From Octopus sinensis (Eukaryota), in assembly GCF_006345805.1 (NCBI RefSeq), contig NC_043006.1:47492001-47556000 (forward strand): a stretch of DNA of 64,000 nt. The letters run 5' to 3'. Made by a program: the position numbers and the translations under genes. The notes below the pieces were generated by a model that ran no database searches, was not told where the DNA came from, and was given only the letters and a program-made list of their open reading frames with translations. Below, piece by piece: positions 40,459 to 52,149 of this stretch (position 1 is the stretch's first letter; each line of letters starts with the position of its first letter).

Positions 40459-41684
40459 CAACATGTTTGTCTGTGATGTTTTCTTTTGTGATGGCAAACA
40501 TATACATACATATGAAGATATGAAACACAAATATTGTGACCTGAAATGGAGAACGTATGCAAAAACGACCAATAATTACGAACTTAGTATGTTTCACAGC
40601 ATTTGCAGCATATCATATTCATTATTTTGAAACCATAGCTCCATTGTATCAAATATGAATTTCAATATTTTAAAATTATGAATACACTCGAAATTAAAAC
40701 AGGAACTTCATTTATTTATGAACACATCTCTGTTGTTTATGTTTTATAAAACCTGCTCTAATGAAAAGACTTCGACACACATAAATACAGGCACATATAT
40801 ACATACATACACATATGCATACATACATATACACATATACACCCATATATCATACTAGAACTGCATCAATGAAACTGTTCTCCCACGTGAGATGACGCTT
40901 TACAATCATTTTCGTTCGACACCTCATGAAATTTTTACCAAGAGGTATATAAAGGAAAAAAGAGTAAAGAGAATAGCCAATGATACTGAGTGTACGTAAA
41001 GCATTAAAATAGCGCGATTATTATTCCCGTTTTAATCGTAAGGTTAGCAATGTGCTTGTGTAGACTACAGATTTCTGATAGATCTGGTTCGGAAATTTTG
41101 GGTAGTTCTACTTGTTCGGTATGTGCAGCCAATTTCAAATATATCACAGTCATTAAGAAGGTAACTGTTGTTAGCGAATAAAATTTCCAAATCTTCTCTG
41201 TTCATAACGCGTATGCAGGTCTAGTCCAGTGGTACGGCATATCCTACCACAGACTATTTTAATCTATATCTAATCATACTTGTTCAAGTTCTGTAAATAC
41301 TTAACGGACGAGGTTCAGAACCGACGTCTCAGTGTAGGAAAAGAGTGCTTAAGTATAGAAATGCATAGTTGCAGGGGTTGACTATGGAGCCTACGTAATA
41401 TTTCTTACACCCAACTTCTACGCCGTATGTTTATATACTAACATTGACTGCCCAGGGGGTAATCCGTAGGAGTCTGAAAGTTACATCCCGGCAGCATAGA
41501 CTTAAGGTAGACAGTTCTATACGAGCAGTGGAGATTGGAGGAATGCAAGTCTAGGTAGTGGATGCTAGGTTGCAAGGTTCATATCCAACTCGACTTGTCT
41601 CCGTTACGTCCGTCGCTCCTGTAACAGTTACCGCGCAGCATATTCTCATGAAAACTGAGAATTTGGTAAGCCTAAATAATAATA

Positions 41685-41834
41685 ACATCAAAAAATACCT
41701 TAGGAATCAGAACCCAGGTTCGAATTTTCCCCAAGACACCCGATGAAGGATGGAGGGTATATCAGCCCGAAACGTTGTGTTAACAACAAACAAGATGAGG
41801 ACAAATGTCAAATGTAAATAATGTAAATAATGTA
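41685..41834 (+). mobile_element. Hammerhead-bearing short repeat (family H1, probable PLE terminal repeat), copy 1
   Basis: Homologous to 47654-47798 (minus) and 49133-49288 (plus), and preceded by (AAT)n. Confidence 0.8.
41735..41781 (+). ncRNA. Minimal type-I hammerhead ribozyme motif, degenerate (core CCGAUGA)
   Basis: GACAC-CCGAUGA-A-GGAUG-loop-CAGCCC-GAAAC-GUU-GUGUU. Confidence 0.55.
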
Positions 41835-41915
41835 TACATACATGCATACGCACATACACATATGCATACATACGGACAGACATACATGCATACATAGGCT
41901 AGTAAGCAAGTAGTC

Positions 41916-42203
41916 TGAATGGAAAACGATATCCACCCACCATATTCGCTGGACATTGCCCCATCTGGTTATCACTTTATTGCGCCGTCTTCAAATCATT
42001 TGGACGGAAAAAATATGAATTCTTTAGACGAGGTCAGAACAGTACTGGAGGAGTATTTTCCCTCACGGACAAACGAATCTTGGAAGAGCTTTGTAGAACG
42101 TGAAGGAGAGTATATTACAGATTGAAAAAGAAGTTTTTTTTTTAATCTTAATATTGAAAAATAAATGTATTTAAAATACCTCAATTTATGGGATAACTCA
42201 ATA
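41916..42203 (+). mobile_element. Mariner transposase C-terminal remnant with right TIR
   Basis: Reads HPPYSLDIAPSGYHF...NHLDGKNMNSLDEVRTVLEEYF...EREGEYITD*, followed by the TIR AATTTATGGGATAACTCAATA. Confidence 0.9.
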
Positions 42204-42847
42204 ATTTACTGCATTGCTGGCAGGTATTAAATGATATAGCTACGCATACGACTACACTAGATAACCTCTAAAACAATAGAGTGAATGTTATTTGCAATGT
42301 ATCTTTCAGACCCACTGTCCCTTCAGTAGTTTATACAACGATTTCCTTTTATTTGCTGTTTTAAAAGACACGATTCTTGTGGGCTCCTGCTGGTGTCGCT
42401 TCTCCAGCTATATTACGAGTCTCTCTCACAAAATACATTTTGAATATTTTGGCTCAAACTCCGTTGTAATAATTGTCGTCTTTTGCTTACATCAATATCA
42501 AGCTGCATTTGATGTTTAATATTAACTGTGACAAATTCATTACTCTTGTTGTCAGTGAAACTACAGGAAACAAACCATTTCTCTCATAAGAAAATACTAT
42601 ACAAAAGGCAATTTTATCTCGACTTTGGGTTTTATTGTGTGGGGTCGATAATATGATATACCAGTCAAGGTTTGGAGTCGATGGCATCAACTGAGTGCCA
42701 CCCGAGTTCTTTGGCTTTGTGCCAATATCAGAAACAATCTTTCTTTCAAGACTATTACTGGAATTAATGATAGCGTATTACTAGAATGTCAGTATAACAT
42801 GTTTTAAAAGTAATGATGCACACGGAATCACGTCATCACCTTTTAAA

Positions 42848-44304
42848 TCTCTCTATATATAAACGGCAGTTTGTCTGTCTGTGTGTCTGTGTGTCTGTCG
42901 GGTTGTACTCTCACGCTGACCACGGTTTTCAACCGATTCTGATGAAACTTGACACACACATAGCCCAATGTCATAATTAAAAATTAACGCAGCGAAAATT
43001 TTGAAAAGTTCTCCCAGTTCTGAAAAGAATTGATAAATCCGACATGGGGTCGATAATCTAAGGTTTTTATATGCAACACATTTTCTGTTGTAGTTTTGGC
43101 AACTTGCAATCGATTTTCACCAAACTCATGGTGAAGCTTAATGTTTCCCTAAGAAACTTAATTATGACGTTAGTTTTCCATGCAATACCTTACCATCAGA
43201 AAAAATCGATAAAATCATGCTATTTCGGGAAATCGCGTTCAAATTCAAGATGACATATTTTCGACAATATCTTTCACAAATTGGCAGGAATTTTTTTTAA
43301 AATTCACAGCGAGCATCATGTCTGCTCTAGATAGCTATATGGCCCTTTTTATTCCAATAGGATACTTTATTACTGGAAAAAATCGGTTAATTAAATCATA
43401 TGTGGCACACATAGCAAACCGATTTGCGTATTAAACACAAACCACAGACTATCTAGGGGACGCAACTCGACCTTTTTAACTCACTTTGCACCACTGTCGA
43501 CACCCCAGCTAGCCTCCGGGACGCTGTCTTCCACGACCTACAAAACAATTTACGTGACCTAAAATGGCTGCCAGGCAGAGCTATTCTTGCACCCAAAAAT
43601 ACAACCGTCAACTCCATCAATATCCAGCTACTTGAAGCTATTCCTGGTGATGTCCACGTCTACAAATCTATAGATAGGACAGCAGACCCCGCCGAGCTTA
43701 CCGATTATCCTGTTGAATTCCTGAATTCACTTGAACCGCCAGGCCTGCTGCCACACATCCTGAAGTTAAAAGTCGGTGCACCCATTATGCTCATCAGGAA
43801 TTTGGTTCCACCTAAACAGTGCAACGGCACACGTCTGATTGTGAAACATTTGGCACCACATTTAATAACGGCCACAATACTTACCGGTTGTGGGAAGGGA
43901 GAGGACGTCTTCATTCCACGCATGCACCTTCAACCGTCGGGCGCTGACCTACCAATCCACTTAAAGCGTTCTTAGTTTCCTGTTAAACTCTGCTTCGCAA
44001 TGTCCATCAATAAATCCCAAGGCCAAACGATACAAGTCGCTGGGTTACATTTGGGCAAACAGTGCTTCGCCCACGGTCAACTCTACGTGGGCTGTTCACG
44101 CTTTGGGAGGTGCAATGATGTTTTCATGTTTTCGCCCAAAGGGACAGCTAGGAACATCGTATACACAGAAGTATTCGAGTGAAGAGAAGACATTGCAACC
44201 TACACACGCGCCTTCGTTCCCTAGAGGGAAAGGACTAGATTGGGATTAGTCGTTGCCTACTAGGGGCTCTTACATATCCGGGCAACGCTAGGCTATGCTG
44301 CTAG
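42848..44304 (+). mobile_element. Internally deleted Helitron with both termini
   Basis: The 5' TC is preceded by A (AAA|TCTCTCTATATATAAA). The 3' end has a GC-rich imperfect hairpin CCGGGCAACGCTAGG and ends CTAG|T. It contains a PIF1-helicase coding fragment. Confidence 0.9.
43460..44182 (+). pseudogene. Helitron PIF1-like helicase C-terminal fragment (one in-frame nonsense codon at 43973-43975)
   Basis: One continuous frame reads ...WLPGRAILAPKN...YPVEFLNSLEPPGLLPHILKLKVGAPIMLIRNLVPPKQCNGTRL...VFIPRM...KRS*FPVKLCFAMSINKSQGQT...HGQLYVGCSR...NIVYTEVFE*. Confidence 0.95.
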
Positions 44305-45862
44305 TTTCACTATAAGACTAAACAATATAAAATTAAACATGATAAGATGAAACATTATAACGCGAAACAATTCGAGGACTTTACAGCAGTATGGAATAAG
44401 AATTGAACCGACATGTTTTGCGAGTTTAACGTATTGGAATGCAGAACGTAACTCGTACTATGTATTAAACATATGCTAATTGCTTTGTTATACATATAGC
44501 TTGGTAAAAGCGCAAACTTGTTCAGTTAATAAAGCAAAGTTGTATTGCAATTCAGAAGTGACATGTATGCATCATAGATTATAATTCAACCATAGAAATC
44601 ACTGTTTTAACAAGAAATACTCCATGCATCACTAATAATACCGCACAAGTTATACCTACATAACGTAAACGACCTTAAAGTCATCACGTCGTTCTTATCT
44701 ACGTACACATCAATTTGTACGGGCATCTACTGCAATAAACTCGAATCCACCATATCCAAATATGTGAAACTCTGCAAACAGGAACTGCGTGAGAATATGT
44801 CAGAGGAAACTGTTATATACGGGACATCATCTATTACTCTGTATAACTGGACTATATCGCATTTTGAGTACAAGGGCAACGAATGATGGTATGTTTCGCC
44901 CCTCCTCCGTCGTTCCCAGTCTCAAAGACATGTAACACGTCACGTGACCTATGCGTCGCCCCACCAACTTTGTTATCAAAATAAAATGATCTAACAATAT
45001 AGTTTTTATCTGTCAGTTATCATCTAAAAAAAGTGCACCAAAGATGAAAAGTAATCAAAATGTAGTAGTTTTATCCGAATTATTTCCATTTCATTTCATT
45101 CCGTAACTTGCAAAATCTGACAAGACATGTTTCTGTACTCTATGAAATGTTATTTCAATGTTACATGCTTACACACATTAACATATACATACACACATTC
45201 AATCACGTATATTCACACACACAGACTCACATACACATACATACAGGCATACATACACATATGCGCACATACACTGAATTTTTTTTTAATGTTTTCGTAG
45301 ACTAGTGTCTTGGTTTTCAAATAGATCTAACGGTATAAACTGAGTCCAAAAGACGGCTTGGAGGCGCATGGAATATAACCTAAATCATCCACATTTCTGT
45401 ATTGCTAGTGCAAACGAGTAGTATTTACTCTTCTTTTAAATTATGTGTAGTGCATATCAAGTAGTAGTTATCGCTAACTGGATGGAATGCATCAACTCTC
45501 TATAACAGAAAGGAAGGCTATATATATATATATTAATAGAAAAGGAGGAATTTCGATTATCCCCACTTGGCGTGTTGTAATATATATCAGAAATTAAAAG
45601 GGAAAATACGCACACTTTACATAGTTTTAATATGATTTTTGATATATCAACCGGTTTCGCTTTCGTTATTCATGATATTAAGGTTTATTTATTTGAATAA
45701 GTACTTTCTTAAGAAGAAAGTTTTGTCCATGTTGTGTGAGATGATATTTACGAGTGAATGATTTCACAAATAGAAAAATAAGGGCAGGCAATTGGTGGTC
45801 GTTTTTATTGTTATTGTTGTGAGCAAGGGAGATAACTGTTCGGCTTTCGGTAAGGGGAGGAG

Positions 45863-45915
<53 letters not shown>

Positions 45916-46259
45916 CAAAAAAAAAAGTTTCGAAGACTTGTTTAGTGAGGGGATTTATGTAATCGTGAATTGAAATACGTAAAAAGATAAAAGTTGGTTT
46001 GCGTGCCTATTAAGACGTGTTCTGTATTTTTCAATGAAAAGGTTTCTTTATTTAAACGTTCTTGTGGAGAAACTGTGTCTTTGTGCTCGCAGAAGGGGAA
46101 GACTGTGAAATTTCGTTAGATGTTATCTGCACATTTTTCTATATGTTCACAGAGAAATTTTTGTATTACGGGAAACGGATTTGTTCTTTATGTAGAGTGG
46201 TTCTCGCTCTCAAGGTCATACTCGTCTATCGAATATAGTTGTGTCCTCAGCCCTAGCAG

Positions 46260-46790
46260 TTTATTACATAATTTAGCTTCTCAGAAGCACAAGTGAAACT
46301 ATTTTTAATTGTGAACTTCTGTCTTTGTTTGAAAAGGAACCTTCAAGTAAGTTGGGGCAGGTTCCACAGTTTGGGCATCTACATCTTTTAGCCGCTGGTT
46401 TCGTGGTTGTTTTGTAAAGCTTCGTATTTATTAGTGGTCTCTTTAGCGATTTGTGTTGCTTTTTGCATTCGATGAGTTTGTGCGTTTTCAACATGTCGTT
46501 CATTTTTGTATCTCTAGTTAGTAAAGGAAGATTTGTGCACAATAGTGTTGAATGCATCACTGTTTCAAGAGTGCATTGATATTAAAATTAGTGTTTTGAG
46601 ATGAGGTGTGGTGTTATGTTTTGTTGTTCTTAGTAATTTCATGTCTAATTTTTTGGAATGTTTGATTCTCTCGTCTATAAGTGAGGGCGGATGTTGTCTT
46701 TCTGCAAGCGTTGTTTTGAGGTCTTGAAGGCGAAGGTCCCGTGTTGTTCTGTCAGACACTATTGTGGCAAATCCTTTTTGCCAAATTGAA
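46260..46790 (-). mobile_element. Penelope-like element remnant (RT thumb and Cys-rich linker)
   Basis: Reads SDRTTRDLRLQDLKTTLAERQHPPSLIDE...KQHKSLKRPL...KRCRCPNCGTCPNL, which has the C-x2/3-C-x2-C linker found before GIY-YIG in PLEs. Confidence 0.75.
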
Positions 46791-46901
46791 AGCGATTTCT
46801 TATATATATATATATATATATAGCGTTCTATTCCGTGTTTGTGTGTGTTTATTTAGAAAGATACATAGCAACTAGAATTACAGACACGCGCACTTACACA
46901 T

Positions 46902-46963
<62 letters not shown>

Positions 46964-47089
46964 AACAGACACACTTAAAAGAGGAGGATACGAACTGTGA
47001 CTAAGTATAGAAAACCGCGTTCTCTACATATCCACACACACACAGTTGAAGCACTGTTTGATTTTTTTTTTCATTTTTAATAGGCACGC

Positions 47090-47145
47090 AAAACCAGGAG
47101 GAGAGAGTTACAAGTATCTAGGAATATTAGAATCTAAAATAGTAC
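47090..47145 (+). mobile_element. Tiny RTE/R4-type LINE fragment
   Basis: Translates as KPGGESYKYLGILES (YKYLG motif). Confidence 0.4.
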
Positions 47146-47653
47146 TATAGAAATGGGCTCTCCAACAGGCCGATTGATCGAATTAAGGGATAGGGAACCA
47201 CCACCACGATGATATCTACCACGGATCGTAAACAAATCGTTGTTACAGACAGTGAAAAAGTGAAAAAACATGGAATTTGTTCATTGTGGAATTTATACAG
47301 AACGTAGGTACATGTTTCTAGCCATCTACCCGGGGCTATTGTTTTCTCTTATCACGGTTTAAAAGCAGTGAGATTGAGCAAATCAAGTTCATACCATACA
47401 ACCTCTTTATGGTCAGTGGCAGGCTCGTGGCGCTTACTACTATATTTTTCAACAACATATGAGTTCGATGGTAGGCTTTTTGTGCTCACTAATATATTTT
47501 TGGAAACTATGGAGTAGAAGGTGGGGAGTACCCGCAAATATACAAACCAAAAGACAGTAATGATATTTCTAATTATCTTTGTTAGCTACCTAATTGAATA
47601 CTAGTAATACATACAAATATCCAATTAGTAAAAATGGCTACAACATGTGATCA

Positions 47654-47798
47654 GTACTTTATTTACATTTGACGGATATTTGTCCTCATCTTGCTTCTTG
47701 TTAACACAACGTTCCGGCTGATATACCGTCCAGCCTTCATCAGGTGTCCTAGGGAAATTTCGGACCTGGGTTCTCATTCCTAAGGTATTTTTCGATGT
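47654..47798 (-). mobile_element. Hammerhead-bearing short repeat family H1, copy 2
   Basis: Reverse complement of the 41685 and 49133 copies. Its 5' side abuts (AAC)n(AAT)n. Confidence 0.85.
47703..47748 (-). ncRNA. Minimal type-I hammerhead ribozyme motif, best-preserved copy (GAAA changed to GGAA)
   Basis: GACAC-CUGAUGA-A-GGCUG-GACGGUAUAU-CAGCC-GGAAC-GUU-GUGUU. Helix I is GACAC/GUGUU and helix II is GGCUG/CAGCC. Confidence 0.65.
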
Positions 47799-47832
47799 TG
47801 TTGTTGTTGTTATTATTATTATTATTATTATT

Positions 47833-48369
47833 GAGTGAGAGAGCAGTGCATGTCATCAAAGTGACACTGGGGTAAAATATACGAAGCCCAATATACCCAT
47901 CATGACTACCCGTCTGATAAGGTTACACTAGGCACATGCATCACAACCATAGGTGCGCGACATGGTGATCTCATATCAAGATAAACAGCACATGACCTTG
48001 CAGGTGGGGCCTAGTTAGAATTTTCTTCAGGTTGAGTAGCCCATCCCGCTCAAAAGGTCCCTGAATAAGGGTTGTTTAAGGATGTTGAAAGAACCACCCA
48101 TGTTTCCAGAGGTGAATTATTCAAACCCCAAAGAATCCCTCTCAACACATGGCTATGATGCTCCCCCACTACTTCTGCTCGTGATCAGAGATGCACATAT
48201 CGTCAGCCACCAAGGGACATGCTCAACTGGTTAAGGTCAAACAACTGACAAGCAAATCTGTGGTATTGAGCAGAATATTTGCTGTAGCCCATCTTTTATA
48301 CCAAGACATGTACATGATAACACTTCCAATCAGTTAAGATCAGAAGCCATGAGAGCCACTGCCTGGTAC

Positions 48370-48370
<1 letters not shown>
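47833..48370. repeat. Unclassified ~530-bp interspersed repeat bounded by (ATT)n tracts
   Basis: GC-richer non-coding block between two trinucleotide tracts. I recall it as an abundant octopus repeat (unverified). It is single-copy in this window. Confidence 0.4.
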
Positions 48371-48401
<31 letters not shown>

Positions 48402-48441
48402 GTTGTTGTTGTTGTTGCTGTTGTTGTTGTTGTTTTTGTTG

Positions 48442-48519
48442 TTATTCAGGTCGCCTCCTGGGATCGAGCTCGGAATCTTAGGGTTAGTAGCCCGCGCTCT
48501 TAACCACAACGCCATATGC
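48442..48519 (-). mobile_element. Short tRNA-derived SINE or tRNA retro-pseudogene with (AAT/AAC)n tail
   Basis: GCATATGGCGTTGTGGTTAAGAGCGCGGGCTACTAACCCTAAGATTCCGAGCTCGATCCCAGG has A- and B-box-like motifs. No intact acceptor stem. Confidence 0.75.
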
Positions 48520-48578
48520 TCATGGTTAAGAGTGCGAGCTACTAACCCCAAGATTCCGAGTTCGATTCCAGGCAATGA

Positions 48579-48587
<9 letters not shown>
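48518..48587 (+). mobile_element. Short tRNA-derived SINE, 5'-truncated, head-to-head with the previous copy
   Basis: TGGTTAAGAGTGCGAGCTACTAACCCCAAGATTCCGAGTTCGATTCCAGG followed by (AAT)n. Confidence 0.75.
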
Positions 48588-48625
<38 letters not shown>

Positions 48626-48644
48626 TAATAATAATAATAATAAT

Positions 48645-48679
<35 letters not shown>

Positions 48680-48738
48680 CGACGACGACGACGACGACAA
48701 CAACGACGACGACGACAACGACGACGACGACGACGACG

Positions 48739-48771
<33 letters not shown>

Positions 48772-48796
48772 GCAACAACAACAATAATAATAATAA

Positions 48797-48837
<41 letters not shown>

Positions 48838-48849
48838 ATAGTAATAGTA

Positions 48850-48923
<74 letters not shown>

Positions 48924-49001
48924 ATGATGATGATGGTGGTGGTGGTGGTGGTGGTGGTGGTGGTGGTGGTGGTGTGGTGGTGGTGGTGGTGATGGTGATG
49001 G

Positions 49002-49060
<59 letters not shown>

Positions 49061-49125
49061 CTGATGATGATAATAATAATAATAATAATAATAATATAAT
49101 AATAATATAATAATAATAATAATGA
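48580..49125. repeat. Compound trinucleotide array AAT-AAC-GAC-AAC-AAT-AGT-AAT-GAT-GGT-GAT-AAT
   Basis: Directly visible, about 545 bp. Confidence 0.95.
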
Positions 49126-49132
49126 TAAAATC

Positions 49133-49288
49133 ATATCGAAAAATACCTTAGGAATGAAAACTCCAGGTTCGAAATTTTTCCAAGACACCAGATGAAGCCT
49201 GGACGGTATATCAGTCGAAACGTTGTGCTAACGACAAAGAACATGAGGACAAATATCGCCAAATGTAAATAATGTAAATAATGTACAT
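49133..49288 (+). mobile_element. Hammerhead-bearing short repeat family H1, copy 3
   Basis: Homologous to copies 1 and 2, and preceded by (AAT)n. Confidence 0.85.
49184..49229 (+). ncRNA. Minimal type-I hammerhead ribozyme motif, degenerate (core CAGAUGA)
   Basis: GACAC-CAGAUGA-A-GCCUG-GACGGUAUAU-CAGUC-GAAAC-GUU-GUGCU. Confidence 0.5.
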
Positions 49289-50068
49289 AATCTCTCATAA
49301 TGTACATAATCCCTTAAATATAGAACAGTATTATGTTGTGATCAGGCATTATAAAAATATAAATTATAAACAGGTAAAGTAACAGTAAGACTAATATTAA
49401 ATGAAGCCCTACATTATAGGACTGGTTATCATTAGTACTGCTGCAATAATAGGCAAATATATGACTCTTAAATCGGACGGAAAAGTAAATTATCCAAGTG
49501 CTGTGAAGAAGATAAACCTCAAATAAATAAAATAAAACGTAAGCAACAGAAACAGAAATAAAAATATTCTTTGAATAATAAAAATTCACATTGCACTGTG
49601 AAAAGTTCAAATCTTGTGTTGAAATTGGGGAATATATTAATCTATTTCAAATATTGTATTTTGCATCGCCATACTTCCTATTTTTTGGTCCTACGATTTA
49701 TATAGGTATGTTATGTGAGAGTGCGAGAGTGCATATCTGTAATATATGTTTGCGTATATCATTATTCATGATAATCATTTGCACACACACTCACGCGCAC
49801 ACACACAGACACACACACACACACGCACACACGCACACACATGCACATTCACCCACACGCGCGCGCACACACACACACACATGCTCATATACACACACGC
49901 ACGCACACACACATATAATCAGAGAAAGATTTATATATATTTCAAAAATAAAATTTGCATATGTTTCTATTATAAGTGTAAACTTTGTATCTATTTTTGT
50001 ACGCATTTACATCTGATTAAAAGTTCGAATAAATACAATAATAATATGCATACATATATAGCTTGAAG

Positions 50069-50158
<90 letters not shown>

Positions 50159-50813
50159 AATGTATATATGTACGTATGGTTTTGTGTATTTATATTTTAC
50201 GCGATCATGTGCGTTAGAATTGGCATTTCTGTACTGACACGTATTCTTGTATATGTATAAATGCACTGATAAACAAGCGCCGTATATTCATATCTCCAAG
50301 AATCATTTAAACATTCAAAGATATGCAAATCGTTGATAAACCGATATCTCATGTTGTTTGTTCACAAAGATTAGTTTGTTTTTCAAAACATTTTACAGTG
50401 ATAGAATAAAGTTTGCTGTTTTTTTGGAAAACTTCCCCGTTATTGTAAAATCCCCCAGCCAAACCATGCCAAGCCAAGCCAAGCCAAAGAGAAACAAGAT
50501 TGAATTTGAAAGGAAATAATACAGGATAACAAACAGAAATAATAAAGCACCAAAGATCAAAGCAAATAAATAAGCCGTACACTCTGGAAAATAGATTTAC
50601 GAAGATTTGCGATTCTCTTTAGAGATCCTTGTGAATATATTTGATTACAGATTCAGGCTAAAAATTTGCATGCCGATAACATTCAAGAGAAATAGTCTAT
50701 ATGAAACTTGTTTAATCAAATCTTGCACACATACGAACATGCAAATATACTTATATTATGAATTCATATATGGAAAGATACGTATATGTAAGCTTATATA
50801 TATTTGTCTATCG

Positions 50814-50899
<86 letters not shown>

Positions 50900-51086
50900 T
50901 TATCTCTCTTTCTTTCTCTCCCTCCACACACACATACACATATGTTTATATATATAAAGAAAGAGAGGGTGAGAGAGAGAATTAGAGAAAGAGATAGATA
51001 GATAAACAAATATATAGATAGCAGATAGATAGATGGCAGATAGATAGATAGGTAAATAGATAGATAGGTAGATAGGTAGATAGACT

Positions 51087-51174
<88 letters not shown>

Positions 51175-51386
51175 TTCACAAAAGTACAAAGATAGAATTT
51201 AGAACGCATAGATCGTAGTCAAATATGAAGAAACCGTGCTTTTTAAAGTATATATCTATTTAAATGCATTTATCTTAACATATATCTATCTATCCGCTAT
51301 CTATCTATATATTTATTTATTTATCGGTCCATTTATATGTTTATCTATCTAGCAATCTAGCTCTGTTTCTATTCCTTTTCCTCTCA

Positions 51387-51418
<32 letters not shown>

Positions 51419-51635
51419 ATATAATATATATATATATATATATATAATATATATATATAGGTATAAAAATTATATATAAAGAAACAAGAACGTGAAATAC
51501 ACAAAAGGGAGGAAACAAAAAAAAACGGACGGGTCATTGGAAGCCTTTAATCTTCAGTCAGAAACCGATCATCATAGCAAATTTCGGCTGATTAATCCTG
51601 ATATATATATATATATATTATATTATATATATATA

Positions 51636-51739
<104 letters not shown>

Positions 51740-51761
51740 TATGTATATGTATATATATGTG

Positions 51762-51805
<44 letters not shown>

Positions 51806-52109
51806 TGTGTGTGTTTGTGTGTATGTAATGTATATATATATATATATGTTTGTATGTACACACACAATTGAGTACGCTAGGACGCATAGTTAATATATAT
51901 GTATATTTAAATAAAAATGTATACATTTTAACATATGTAATTTAATTTGTTAGCGAATATGACTTGCATATTTGTTCAAGGGTGTCTATATCTCAGGAGC
52001 GAATATATGTGAATGCATTTATATTCCGTAATTCAAATAATATATGAAGATTCTGTCTTGATAGTATCGTGTACATATATATTGTAGTGAGAAGGATACA
52101 CATTCACCC

Positions 52110-52149
<40 letters not shown>

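Noticed and set aside
44611-44886. ~92-codon open frame (…CTGIYCNKLESTISKYVKLCKQELRENMSEE…)
   Set aside because: It has no start, it stops before the nearby GTATGT donor, and no family is recognisable. It is worth a BLASTx but is not supportable now.
47260-47590. Possible second GPCR-like fragment (NLFIVEFIQNVG…IFGNYGVEGGEYPQIY)
   Set aside because: The resemblance to adhesion-GPCR TM2-ECL2 is weak and needs several stops to be read through.
48442-48587. Functional tRNA genes (also the heads at 19230-19298, 52833-52905, 55500-55570 and 62148-62222)
   Set aside because: A/B boxes are present, but the acceptor and anticodon stems do not pair and each runs into a SINE body or simple-repeat tail.
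48349-49188. Long ORFs of 192 and 220 aa (also 25462-26178, 17893-18489, 56240-56757 and most other listed ORFs)
   Set aside because: They are translations of di-, tri- and tetranucleotide repeats (poly-I/T/Y/L, YIYI, CVCV) with no coding signal.
51535-51600. GAAA…CTGAAGA motifs suggesting a type-II hammerhead (related sequence at 2565-2625)
   Set aside because: The helices required next to the core motifs cannot be formed.
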